Positions 21,001 through 29,092 of a stretch of DNA of 64,000 nucleotides are shown here, one piece after another. The notes below the pieces were generated by a model that was not told where the DNA came from, ran no database searches, and saw nothing but the letters and a program-made list of their open reading frames with translations. The stretch comes from an uncultured delta proteobacterium (lineage in GTDB: Bacteria; Desulfobacterota; DSM-4660; Desulfatiglandales; Desulfatiglandaceae), in assembly GCA_963704245.1 (NCBI GenBank), contig CAVPHJ010000002.1, forward strand, positions 30,317-94,316, written 5' to 3'. The first letter of the stretch is position 1; the number at the start of each line of letters is the position of its first letter. A program made the translations under genes and the position numbers.

Positions 21001-21306
21001 GTCCGGGGATGCCACGTGCGGATGAGGCCCATCATGCTCACTTCCCTGACCACCATCTTCGGCCTTGCCCCCATGGCGCTCGGCCTGGGCGGAAAATCCG
21101 TCTTCTGGGCTCCGCTGGCCACCGCCATCATGTGGGGCCTGGGATTCGCGACCCTGCTCATCCTGTCCATGGTGCCGGCCTACTATGCCATCGTGGAGGA
21201 CATCGGCTATCTGCTGCGTCACCGGCGCAGACGCAAGGCCGAAACACGGCAGGAGATCGAGAGGGCTTTCCAACATTCGGACCTGCTGCCGTTTCTGCGG
21301 GGATAG
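18051..21306 (+). pseudogene. efflux RND transporter permease (AcrB/CzcA superfamily), broken by about nine indels as given
   Basis: RND sequence starts MLDPLPTKEGIGLTRFGLSRPVVVRMALILILVFG and ends ...LGGKSVFWAPLATAIMWGLGFATLLILSMVPAYYAIVED.... It is spread over track ORFs at 18051, 17936-frame, 18958, 19134, 19724, 19986, 20077 and 20440. The span is 3256 nt (3n+1). Confidence 0.85.
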
Positions 21307-21327
21307 CCCCGTTGCCCCCTTTTTTCC

Positions 21328-21356
21328 TTGACACCTTCCTGCATTTTGTCTATAGA
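21328..21356 (+). promoter_or_regulatory. sigma70-like promoter of the RsbRD_N-dsrMKJOP unit
   Basis: TTGACA (21328-21333), 17 nt, TATAGA (21351-21356). It lies about 105 nt upstream of the ATG at 21461. Confidence 0.45.
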
Positions 21357-21460
21357 GCACCGTCAGCGGTTGTTCCGGAATTGCCCAACAAATTCAGCGT
21401 GTTTATCCAGTTCGTAAGACGTGCGGGTGCGGTGGCCCGCCTTTTTGCACGGCGCTTGAT

Positions 21461-21988
21461 ATGACGCTCCAGGACGTTCTCAATAAACGGCGCTCTACCC
21501 TCCTCAGGCGCTGGAGGGACGAGATCGTCGACACCTACCCCCAGGACACTCGCCGGTTCCTGCGCAAGGAAAAGGACCGGTTTGCCAACCCTGTGGGCCA
21601 CAGCATCGCCGAGGCGACGGAAGCGCTCTACGCCGCCCTGCTCCCGGACGGGCCGGCGCCGGGGCTCGAGGCCGGCCTCGACGGCCTGCTGCGGATCCGG
21701 GCCGTGCAGGACTTCAAGCCCTCCGAGGCGTTGTCCTTCATCAAAGTTTTTAAGGGCCTTTTCCGGGAAGAGCTCAAGCGCGGCGACGAAAGCCGGGTCT
21801 CGGCGGTCGAACTGCGGGAGCTGGAGGATCGAATCGACGACCTGACGCTGACGGCCTTCGACGTCTATTGCCGGTGCCGGGAAAAGCTCCACGAGGTGCG
21901 CCTCAACGAGATGACGAGGCAGGTGAGTCGATTGCTGGCCAGGGCCAACATGACGGTGGACATTCCGGAGCGGGCTCCGGAAGCCTGA
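21461..21988 (+). CDS. RsbRD N-terminal domain-containing protein
   Basis: 175-aa ORF. ...LLRRWRDEIVDTYPQDTRRFLRKEKDRFANPVGHSI... resembles the RsbRD_N domain. It sits directly upstream of dsrM. Confidence 0.6.
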   Translation: MTLQDVLNKRRSTLLRRWRDEIVDTYPQDTRRFLRKEKDRFANPVGHSIAEATEALYAALLPDGPAPGLEAGLDGLLRIRAVQDFKPSEALSFIKVFKGLFREELKRGDESRVSAVELRELEDRIDDLTLTAFDVYCRCREKLHEVRLNEMTRQVSRLLARANMTVDIPERAPEA

Positions 21989-22031
21989 GGCAGCGGGCGG
22001 CCACTGCGATAATGAAGCGAGGGAGTAGCCC

Positions 22032-23099
22032 ATGAATTTCGTGCTGAGTATCTTGGTGGCTTTCATAGGGGTGTCGCTGGTGATCGCGATCCCGTGGGTC
22101 GGCGTGGGAGCCCTGGACTTGCAGGGGCTGTTCGGCATCGCGGTGCCCTATGCGGCGCTGGCGGTTTTCCTGGTCGGCATCGTCCTGCGGGTGGTCAGCT
22201 GGGCCCGCTCGCCGGTGCCTTTCCGGATTCCCACCACGGCCGGCCAGCAGCACTCTTTCCCCTGGATCAAGCCGAATCCCATCGACAACCCCAAGGGCAC
22301 CGGCGGCGTGGTGCTTCGGATGCTGTTTGAGATTCTCACCTTCCGGAGCCTTTTCCGAAACACCCGGCTGGAGTACCGAACCACCGACGGGGGACCCAAG
22401 GTCGACTACGAATGGGAAAAATGGCTCTGGCTGGCCGCCCTGGTGTTCCACTACTCCTTCCTGGTGATCTTCCTCAGGCACTTCAGGTTCTTTATGGAGC
22501 CGGTCCCGGGGTTTGTACACCTGCTGGACAGCCTGGACGGGTTCATGCAGATGGGTGTGCTGCCCATCAGCGGCCTGGGTGCACCGGGGGTCTACCTCAC
22601 CGACATGCTGCTGATGGCGGCTCTGACCTACCTGCTGCTGCGCCGGATTTTCGTTTCCACCGTCCGCTACATCTCCCTGCCGGCGGACTATTTTCCGCTT
22701 TTCCTGATCCTGGCGCTCGGAATCACCGGAATCCTGATGCGCTACTTCATCCGGGTGGACATCACGGCGGTGAAAGAGCTGGCGATCGGGCTGTTTCAGT
22801 TTTCACCCAGGTTGCCGGAGGGCATCGGCGTCATCTTTTACATCCACCTCTTCATCCTGAGCGTGCTGATCGCCTATTTTCCCTTCAGCAAGCTCATGCA
22901 TCTGGCCGGGGTCTTCCTGTGCCCCACCCGCAATCTGTCCAACAACAGCCGGATGGTGCGGCACGTGAACCCCTGGAACTACCCGGTCAAACACCATACC
23001 TATGAGGAATATGAGGATGAGTTCAGCGAGGCGATGATCGAGGCCGGCCTGCCCGTGGAAAAGGGCTCCGAGGAATCGGCCGAAGCAGAAAAGGAGTAG
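22032..23099 (+). CDS. dsrM: DsrM, NarI-like dihaem b membrane subunit of the DsrMKJOP complex
   Basis: 355-aa membrane ORF (...SWARSPVPFRIPTTAGQQHSFPWIK...) in canonical position before dsrK, with an RBS GCGAGGGAG. Confidence 0.85.
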   Translation: MNFVLSILVAFIGVSLVIAIPWVGVGALDLQGLFGIAVPYAALAVFLVGIVLRVVSWARSPVPFRIPTTAGQQHSFPWIKPNPIDNPKGTGGVVLRMLFEILTFRSLFRNTRLEYRTTDGGPKVDYEWEKWLWLAALVFHYSFLVIFLRHFRFFMEPVPGFVHLLDSLDGFMQMGVLPISGLGAPGVYLTDMLLMAALTYLLLRRIFVSTVRYISLPADYFPLFLILALGITGILMRYFIRVDITAVKELAIGLFQFSPRLPEGIGVIFYIHLFILSVLIAYFPFSKLMHLAGVFLCPTRNLSNNSRMVRHVNPWNYPVKHHTYEEYEDEFSEAMIEAGLPVEKGSEESAEAEKE

Positions 23100-23101
23100 A
23101 C

Positions 23102-24732
23102 ATGGCAGAAACGCCCAAACCCAAAGAGCTTGCGAAGATCGAGCACAAGCAGCCCCTGCTTCAGGGGTGGATGGATACGCCGGCCGAGATCAGGCCGGGC
23201 ATCTACTGCTACGGCGCCAAGGGCAAGAACCTGGAGGCCGTGGGCATGCCCAACGCCCGGGACTGGAACCCGGTCGAAGAGGACTGGAAGCTGCCCGAGA
23301 ACTGGGAGCAGATCGTGCTTGAACGGCATCCAGGATCGCCTGGAGCGGTTCCGGTCCTTCAAGCTGTTCATGGACATCTGCGTGCGCTGCGGCGCCTGCT
23401 CGGACAAGTGCCATTTCTTCATCGGCTCCGGCGACCCCAAGAACATGCCGGTGTTGCGGGCCGAGCTGCTGCGGTCGGTGTACCGCAAGTACTTCACGAC
23501 CGCCGGCAAGCTTCTGGGCAACATTGCCGGGGCCCGGCCGCTCACCCTGCCGGTGCTGAAGGAGTGGTGGTAGCTACCTGTACCAGTGCACCGAATGCCG
23601 GCGCTGCTCACTGTTCTGCCCCTACGGGATCGACCAGGCGGAGATCACCATTATCGGCCGGGAACTGACCAACCTGCTGGGCCTGAACACGGACTGGATC
23701 GCGGCCCCGGTGGCCAACTGCCACCGCACCGGCAACCACCTGGGCATCCAGCCCCATGCCTACAAGGACATGATCGATTTCTTCGTGGACGAGATCGAGG
23801 AGCTGACCGGTATCCGGCTGGAGCCCAGCTTCAACCGCAAGGGGGCCGAGATTCTGTTTATCACCCCGTCGGGCGACGTCTTTGCCGATCCGGGCACCTA
23901 CACCTGCATGGGATATCTGATGCTCTTCCACTACCTCCAGGAGCAGGGCCTGGACATCACCTGGAGCACCTACGCCTCGGAGGGCGGCAATTTCGGCTAC
24001 TTCACCTCCCACGAGATGGCCAAGAAGCTGAACGCCAAGATGTACGCGGAGGCCAAACGGCTCGGCGTCAAGTGGATTCTGGGCGGGGAATGCGGCCACA
24101 TGTGGCGGGTGCTCAACCAGTACATGGACACCTTGAACGGGCCGGCCGATTTCCTGGAGGAGCCGGTCTCGCCGATCACGGGAACGCGCTTCGAAAACGC
24201 CAGATCGACCAAGATGGTCCACATCACCGAGTTCACTGCCGATCTCATGCGGCACGACAAGCTGAAGCTGGATCCCAGCCGCAACGATCACCTGAAGGTG
24301 ACGTACCACGACTCCTGCAACACCGCCCGCGGCATGGGGCTCCTGGATGAGCCGCGCTACGTGATCCAGAGTGTCTGCAATCACTTCTACGAGATGCCGC
24401 CCAACACCATCCGCGAGCAGACCTTCTGCTGCGGCAGCGGCTCGGGGCTCAATGCCGGCGAGGACATGGAGCTGAGGATGCGCGGCGGCCTGCCCCGGGC
24501 CAACGCGGTCAAGCACGTGCAGGAAAAGCACGACGTGAACATGCTGAGCTGCATCTGCGCCATCGACCGGGCGGTGCTGCCGACCCTGATGGACTACTGG
24601 GTGCCGGGGGTCGGGGTGACGGGCGTTCATGAACTGGTCGGAAACGCCCTGGTGTTCGAGGGGGAAAACGAGCGTACGACCGACCTGCGCGGCGAACCCC
24701 TGGCCGGAATGGAGGAAGCAGAGGATGTATGA
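23102..24732 (+). pseudogene. dsrK: DsrK, HdrD-like catalytic Fe-S subunit of DsrMKJOP, two +1 frameshifts as given
   Basis: The conserved sequence runs MAETPKPKELAKIEH...EQIVLE | GIQDRLERFRSFKLFMDICVRCGACSDKCHFF...LKEWW | SYLYQCTECRRCSLFCPYGIDQ...NCHRTGNHLG...FCCGSGSGL... across three frames. The switches are near 23318-23325 and at 23570-23572. The span is 1631 nt (3n+2). Confidence 0.85.
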
Positions 24733-25192
24733 CCGAGGGAAAATCATCACCGGACTGATCATCGGCGTCGGGCTGTTCCTGACGCCCTTCTTCTACAATG
24801 CCGGCAAGGCGGCCAAGGCCCCCGAGCCGGTGCTGACGGACAAGGCCAAGGCGGCCGGCGAGTGCGTCGCTTCCGCGGCCTACATGCAGAAGTACCACAT
24901 GCAGCTGCTGGACGACTGGCGGCACACGGTGGTGCGGGACGAAGAGCGCTTCTATGACACCACGAAGAAGACCTGGCACCTGCGGCTGATGGACGACCTG
25001 GCCGATGCGCCGGCCTCGGCCGGGGAGCGGCACTACAAGCCGGTCGCCCAGAAGATCTACTACAAGAGCCTGCAGTTGACCTGCATGGACTGCCACCACA
25101 ACAAGGCCAAGTTCTGCGACGAGTGCCACAACTACGTGGGGGTCAAGCCCTTCTGCTGGGAGTGCCACATCGAGCCGAAGGAGAATTCGTGA
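24725..25192 (+). CDS. dsrJ: DsrJ, trihaem periplasmic cytochrome c
   Basis: The ATG at 24725 overlaps the dsrK stop by 8 nt. There is an N-terminal TM anchor and three CxxCH motifs (CMDCH, CDECH, CWECH). Confidence 0.85.
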   Translation: MYDRGKIITGLIIGVGLFLTPFFYNAGKAAKAPEPVLTDKAKAAGECVASAAYMQKYHMQLLDDWRHTVVRDEERFYDTTKKTWHLRLMDDLADAPASAGERHYKPVAQKIYYKSLQLTCMDCHHNKAKFCDECHNYVGVKPFCWECHIEPKENS

Positions 25193-25980
25193 TGGGCATG
25201 AACCGAAGAGACTTCCTGAAGCTGGCCGGGATCTCCGCCCTCATGGGGGCCGGGGGCAAGGGCGCCTTCGAGCTGCTCGCACCGGGTGAACTGGAGGCCT
25301 CGACCAAGGCGCTTCCCAAACCGCCCCAAAAACGCTGGGCCATGGTGGTGGATGTGCGAAAGCTCGACGAAGAGGTGATGGACAAAGCCATCGCCGCCTG
25401 CCACCGCACCCACAACGTGCCGGACATGGGCAACCCGAAGCACGCCCTCTTCTGGCTCTGGAAGGAGGACTTCGAACACGCGTTTGCAGGGCAGCAGCAC
25501 TCCTACACCAGCGAGCGGATCGAGCATGCGCGGTTTCTGCTGATGTGCAACCACTGCTCCAACCCGCCGTGCGTCCGGGTGTGTCCCACCAAGGCCACCT
25601 TTCAGCGCGCGGACGGTCTGGTGATGATGGACCACCACCGCTGCATCGGCTGCCGCTTCTGCATGGCCGGCTGCCCGTTCGGGGTCCGCAGCTTCAACTA
25701 CAGCGATCCCCGTCAAGCGCCCAAGGAGCTCAACCCCGGCTTCCCTGCCAATCCCGACTATCCCACCCGGTCCAAGGGCGTGGTGGAAAAATGCACCTTC
25801 TGTGCCGAACGCCTGGCCCAGGGCCTGATTCCGGCCTGTGTCGAGGCGGCGCCGGGGGCTCTGATCTTCGGGGACCTGGCCGATCCCGAATCCGGGGTGA
25901 GAGAGGCCCTCAGAGCCAACTTCACCCTCCGGCGCAAACCTGAACTCGGCACGGATCCGAACGTCTACTACATCATATGA
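25192..25980 (+). CDS. dsrO: DsrO, periplasmic 4Fe-4S ferredoxin-like subunit
   Basis: ATGA start/stop overlap with dsrJ and a GAAGGAG RBS. Tat signal MGMNRRDFLKLAG. Cys clusters CNHCSNPPCVRVCP and CIGCRFCMAGCP. Confidence 0.85.
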   Translation: MGMNRRDFLKLAGISALMGAGGKGAFELLAPGELEASTKALPKPPQKRWAMVVDVRKLDEEVMDKAIAACHRTHNVPDMGNPKHALFWLWKEDFEHAFAGQQHSYTSERIEHARFLLMCNHCSNPPCVRVCPTKATFQRADGLVMMDHHRCIGCRFCMAGCPFGVRSFNYSDPRQAPKELNPGFPANPDYPTRSKGVVEKCTFCAERLAQGLIPACVEAAPGALIFGDLADPESGVREALRANFTLRRKPELGTDPNVYYII

Positions 25981-25987
25981 GGTGGCT

Positions 25988-27145
25988 ATGCTTGAAAGAG
26001 CGCTACAAGGAGATCAGAAATACTGGGGCTGGATGGTCTTCCTGCTCGCCCTGATCGGGATCGGCTTCGGCTGCTATCTCTGGCAGTTCAAGGTGGGCCT
26101 GAAGATCACCGGCATGAGCCGGGATGTGTCCTGGGGGTTCTACATCGCCCAGCTGACCTACCTGGTCGGCGTGGCGGCTTCGGGCGTGATGGTGGTGCTG
26201 CCCTGCTATCTGCACGACTACAAGGCTTTCGGCCGCATCACGATCCTGGGGGAGTTTCTGGCCGTGGCGGCGATCATCATGTGCGGCCTTTTCGTGTTCG
26301 TGGATCTGGGCTATCCCTTGCGGATCCTTAACGTCATCCTGTACCCGACCCCCAATTCGATCCTGTTCTGGGACATGCTGGTGCTGAACGTCTACATGCT
26401 GCTGAATCTGGTCATCGGCTGGAACGTGCTGGCGGCCGAACGCAAAGACCGGCATTATCAGAAATGGGTGAAGGTACTGATCTACATCTCCATTCCCTGG
26501 GCCTTCAGCATCCACACGGTAACGGCGTTTCTCTACGCCGGACTTCCGGGCCGGCACTACTGGCTGACGGCCATCATGGCGGCCCGTTTTCTGGCCTCGG
26601 CCTTCTGCTCCGGACCGGCTCTGCTCATTCTGCTCTGCCTGATCGTGAGGAAGGTGAGCCGTTTCGATCCCGGCAAGGAGCAGATCCGAACCCTGGGCGG
26701 CATCGTAGCCTACGCGATGATCATCAACGTGTTTTTCTTCCTGCTGGAGCTCTTCACGGCTTTCTACAGTCAGATTCCGGGTCACATGCATCCCTTCCAG
26801 TACCTTTTCGTCGGCCTGGAGGGGTACACCCGGCTGGTGCCCTGGATGTGGACCGCGACCGGGTTTGCGGCGGTCGCGCTGGTTCTGCTGATCGTGCCGG
26901 GAACCCGCCGGGACGAGCGCACCCTGGCCGTGGCCTGCGGATCGGTCATCGCCGCCACCTGGATCGACAAGGGCCTGGGCCTGATCATCGGCGGTTTCAC
27001 GCCCAACCCCTTCGAGCGGGTGACGGAGTACTGGCCCACCACACCGGAGGTGTTGATCAGCGTCGGGATCTATGCGCTGGGGTTTTTCGTGCTGACCGTG
27101 CTCTACAAGATGACCGTGTCCATCAAGCAGGAGGCGGGGGCCTGA
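25988..27145 (+). CDS. dsrP: DsrP, NrfD-type integral membrane subunit
   Basis: About 385-aa polytopic ORF directly after dsrO. The start is the ATG at 25988 or the GTG at 25982. Confidence 0.85.
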   Translation: MLERALQGDQKYWGWMVFLLALIGIGFGCYLWQFKVGLKITGMSRDVSWGFYIAQLTYLVGVAASGVMVVLPCYLHDYKAFGRITILGEFLAVAAIIMCGLFVFVDLGYPLRILNVILYPTPNSILFWDMLVLNVYMLLNLVIGWNVLAAERKDRHYQKWVKVLIYISIPWAFSIHTVTAFLYAGLPGRHYWLTAIMAARFLASAFCSGPALLILLCLIVRKVSRFDPGKEQIRTLGGIVAYAMIINVFFFLLELFTAFYSQIPGHMHPFQYLFVGLEGYTRLVPWMWTATGFAAVALVLLIVPGTRRDERTLAVACGSVIAATWIDKGLGLIIGGFTPNPFERVTEYWPTTPEVLISVGIYALGFFVLTVLYKMTVSIKQEAGA

Positions 27146-27164
27146 AAAGCTGACGGAAAAGTGC

Positions 27165-27193
27165 TTGACAGGGGTAAGGCGGTCTGTTAAGTA
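27165..27193 (+). promoter_or_regulatory. sigma70-like promoter of the small ferredoxin gene
   Basis: TTGACA (27165-27170), 17 nt, TAAGTA (27188-27193). Confidence 0.4.
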
Positions 27194-27296
27194 ACCCGCT
27201 GGCTTTCCCCCGGAGCCTTCGACAAGACCGCTGAAGCGGCCGGGATTCCAGAGGATCCGGTTTCATCCAACATATCTATCGAGGAGGACTAGTTCA

Positions 27297-27485
27297 ATGG
27301 GTTACGAAGTGGTTGTGGATGTAGACAAGTGCGAAGGGTGCGAAGAGTGCGTCGAGGTCTGTCCGGTGGATGTCTATGAGATGCAGGATGGGAAATCAGT
27401 ACCGGTCAACGCGGAAGAGTGCCTCGGTTGCGAGAGCTGCGTGGAAGTCTGCGACCAGGAGGCCATCACGATCACCGAGATCTAA
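27297..27485 (+). CDS. small dicluster ferredoxin
   Basis: 62 aa with two Cys motifs, CEGCEECVEVCP and CLGCESCVEVCD. GAGGAGG RBS. Confidence 0.85.
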   Translation: MGYEVVVDVDKCEGCEECVEVCPVDVYEMQDGKSVPVNAEECLGCESCVEVCDQEAITITEI

Positions 27486-27511
27486 GAGCCGACATCCGGC
27501 TTTGCGCTGAA

Positions 27512-27550
27512 CGCCGCCCATGAGTCTTTACCGGGGCGGCGTTTGATTTT
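27512..27550 (+). terminator. rho-independent terminator after ferredoxin gene
   Basis: Stem CGCCGCCC / GGGCGGCG with a 14-nt loop, followed by TTTGATTTT. Confidence 0.5.
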
Positions 27551-27561
27551 GCCGCCCAGGA

Positions 27562-27600
27562 AAAAGGCCGGCTCCCGCACCCGGGAAGCCGGCCTTTTCT
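27562..27600. terminator. bidirectional hairpin terminator (serves cytochrome c3 gene on minus strand)
   Basis: AAAAAGGCCGGCTCCCG cac CGGGAAGCCGGCCTTTT: a ~12-bp GC stem with one bulge, flanked by an A-run and a T-run. Confidence 0.6.
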
Positions 27601-27621
27601 ATTTGTGCGCCGGGCCGCCGT

Positions 27622-28059
27622 CTATTTCTTGGCGTGGCAGTCGTTGCATTTCTTGTACGGGGCGTCTTTGGATTTCTTTTCCTTGATCAGGTCCTTGTGG
27701 CAGTTCTTGCAGTTGTTGTGATAGGCGGTCTGCAGCTTTTTCGCGGTATCCTGGTCCTTGGTAGGGTCGTGGCACTCCGCGCATTTCTTGACCGGCTGCT
27801 CTTCGGTCCAGACGTTCTTGCCGTCCTTGTATTCATGGTGGCACTCGGCGCACCCCACGCCGAAACCCTTGGCCGAGGTCGGGTCGCTGTGTTTCTTGTG
27901 GCTCAGCTTGACCCCGCCTTTCTTGTCGTCCGAATACCCCTGGTTTTCGATCACCACTTCATCCGGCGGCAGCACCTTCTCGGCTGCCGAGGCGAGGACG
28001 GCGGTCGTGAAGCATATTGCGCCGGCCACGATCAGAAAATTCAGAATCCTCCTCTTCAT
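27622..28059 (-). CDS. tetrahaem cytochrome c3 (class III)
   Basis: 145 aa with a signal peptide MKRRILNFLIVAGAICFTTAVLASA and four CxxCH motifs (CAECH, CAECH, CKNCH, CNDCH). Lys-rich. AAGGAGG RBS. Confidence 0.9.
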   Translation of the reverse strand: MKRRILNFLIVAGAICFTTAVLASAAEKVLPPDEVVIENQGYSDDKKGGVKLSHKKHSDPTSAKGFGVGCAECHHEYKDGKNVWTEEQPVKKCAECHDPTKDQDTAKKLQTAYHNNCKNCHKDLIKEKKSKDAPYKKCNDCHAKK

Positions 28060-28132
28060 GCCTTGTCTTACCTCCTTTCGTAACGGTTTCCCCGGCCCGG
28101 CGAAGGCGCCGGACCCCCTGTAGCCGGCCCGG

Positions 28133-28162
28133 ACTATAGTCGCCGGACGGAATAGATGTCAA
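28133..28162 (-). promoter_or_regulatory. sigma70-like promoter of cytochrome c3 gene
   Basis: On the minus strand: TTGACA (28162-28157), 18 nt, TATAGT (28138-28133). It starts 5 nt after the hypC stop. Confidence 0.45.
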
Positions 28163-28166
28163 GGGA

Positions 28167-28409
28167 CTACCCGCCGGCGGGCTCCCCCGGGGGGAGGAGC
28201 GCCGCCATCCGGCGCAGGACCTCCAGCGAGGCCCGGGCCTCGGCCTCATCCACCTTGTGAAGGGCGAAACCGGCATGCACGATCACGTATTCCCCCACCT
28301 GCGGCTGCTCCAGGAGCAGCAAGCTGACCTCGCGCTGGGTCCCATCCATGTCGATCAGCCCCATCTGATTCTCAATGGCCACAATCTTAGCCGGGATCGC
28401 AAGGCACAT
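28167..28409 (-). CDS. hypC: HypC/HybG/HupF family hydrogenase maturation chaperone
   Basis: The start is placed at MCLAIPAKIV (obligatory Cys2) rather than the track start at 28430. 80 aa. Confidence 0.85.
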   Translation of the reverse strand: MCLAIPAKIVAIENQMGLIDMDGTQREVSLLLLEQPQVGEYVIVHAGFALHKVDEAEARASLEVLRRMAALLPPGEPAGG

Positions 28410-28911
28410 GCCGGGTGTTCTCCTTTGCACGGTATGGGATCCCCAGCCGGTCGAGCTCGACCAGAACCATTCCCGCCAGATCCTCCAGCCGCGCGCTGAC
28501 CGCTGGAGTGAGCTCGATGCCGACCGAGGTGATATCCTCGGGCTCGACCCCCAGGATGACGGTTTCGGGCACCGGCCCGATGGCCTGACACAGGGTCAGA
28601 GCTTCCAGCAGATCCACCTGGTGAAGGGAGTTCTTGGCACGGATCCGCCGGGGGACCTCTTCGCCCGTAAGCCGGTACAGACTGCCGGGCTCGCCGCTGT
28701 TGCGGATCGCATCCACCACGATGAGGTGATCGGCTTCCGAGATGACGCCCAGCAGATTCAGGCCCAGGGTGCCGCCGTCGCAAAGCGACACGTTGGCCGG
28801 AAAATGCCAGCGTTCCATCAGGGCCTCGAAGACCCGGATCCCCACCCCCTCGTCGGTGAAGAGCAGGTTTCCAACCCCCAGTATCAGGACTCTGTGCTCT
28901 GCTGCGCGCAT
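28387..28911 (-). CDS. [NiFe] hydrogenase maturation endopeptidase (HyaD/HybD/HoxM family)
   Basis: MRAAEHRVLILGVGNLLFTDEGVGIRV...VVDAI... The promoter at 28934-28963 excludes the longer track start. It overlaps hypC by 23 nt. Confidence 0.85.
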   Translation of the reverse strand: MRAAEHRVLILGVGNLLFTDEGVGIRVFEALMERWHFPANVSLCDGGTLGLNLLGVISEADHLIVVDAIRNSGEPGSLYRLTGEEVPRRIRAKNSLHQVDLLEALTLCQAIGPVPETVILGVEPEDITSVGIELTPAVSARLEDLAGMVLVELDRLGIPYRAKENTRHVPCDPG

Positions 28912-28933
28912 GGTGCCGGCTCGAAGTCGGCGC

Positions 28934-28963
28934 ATTATAGACTCCGGGCACCGCGTTTGGCAA
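28934..28963 (-). promoter_or_regulatory. sigma70-like promoter of endopeptidase-hypC
   Basis: On the minus strand: TTGCCA (28963-28958), 18 nt, TATAAT (28939-28934). Confidence 0.45.
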
Positions 28964-29037
28964 CCCGCTTCAAGCCGCGCTGCGGCGACCCGCCGGGAGA
29001 ACCGGTTTTCGGCGGTGCCGCCCTGGCCGCTGCCGGC

Positions 29038-29067
29038 TTGACAGGGCCGGGCCGGAAACCCTATAGT
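29038..29067 (+). promoter_or_regulatory. sigma70-like promoter of CoA-transferase gene
   Basis: TTGACA (29038-29043), 18 nt, TATAGT (29062-29067). It lies 26 nt upstream of the ATG at 29093. Confidence 0.45.
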
Positions 29068-29092
29068 CGCCCCTGTTTGAGGAGGGCTGAGG

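Noticed and set aside
23565-23580. In-frame TAG in dsrK as possible stop-codon recoding (pyrrolysine or readthrough).
   Set aside because: The conserved DsrK sequence downstream is in the +1 frame, not in the TAG frame. Readthrough would not restore the protein, so a single extra T explains it.
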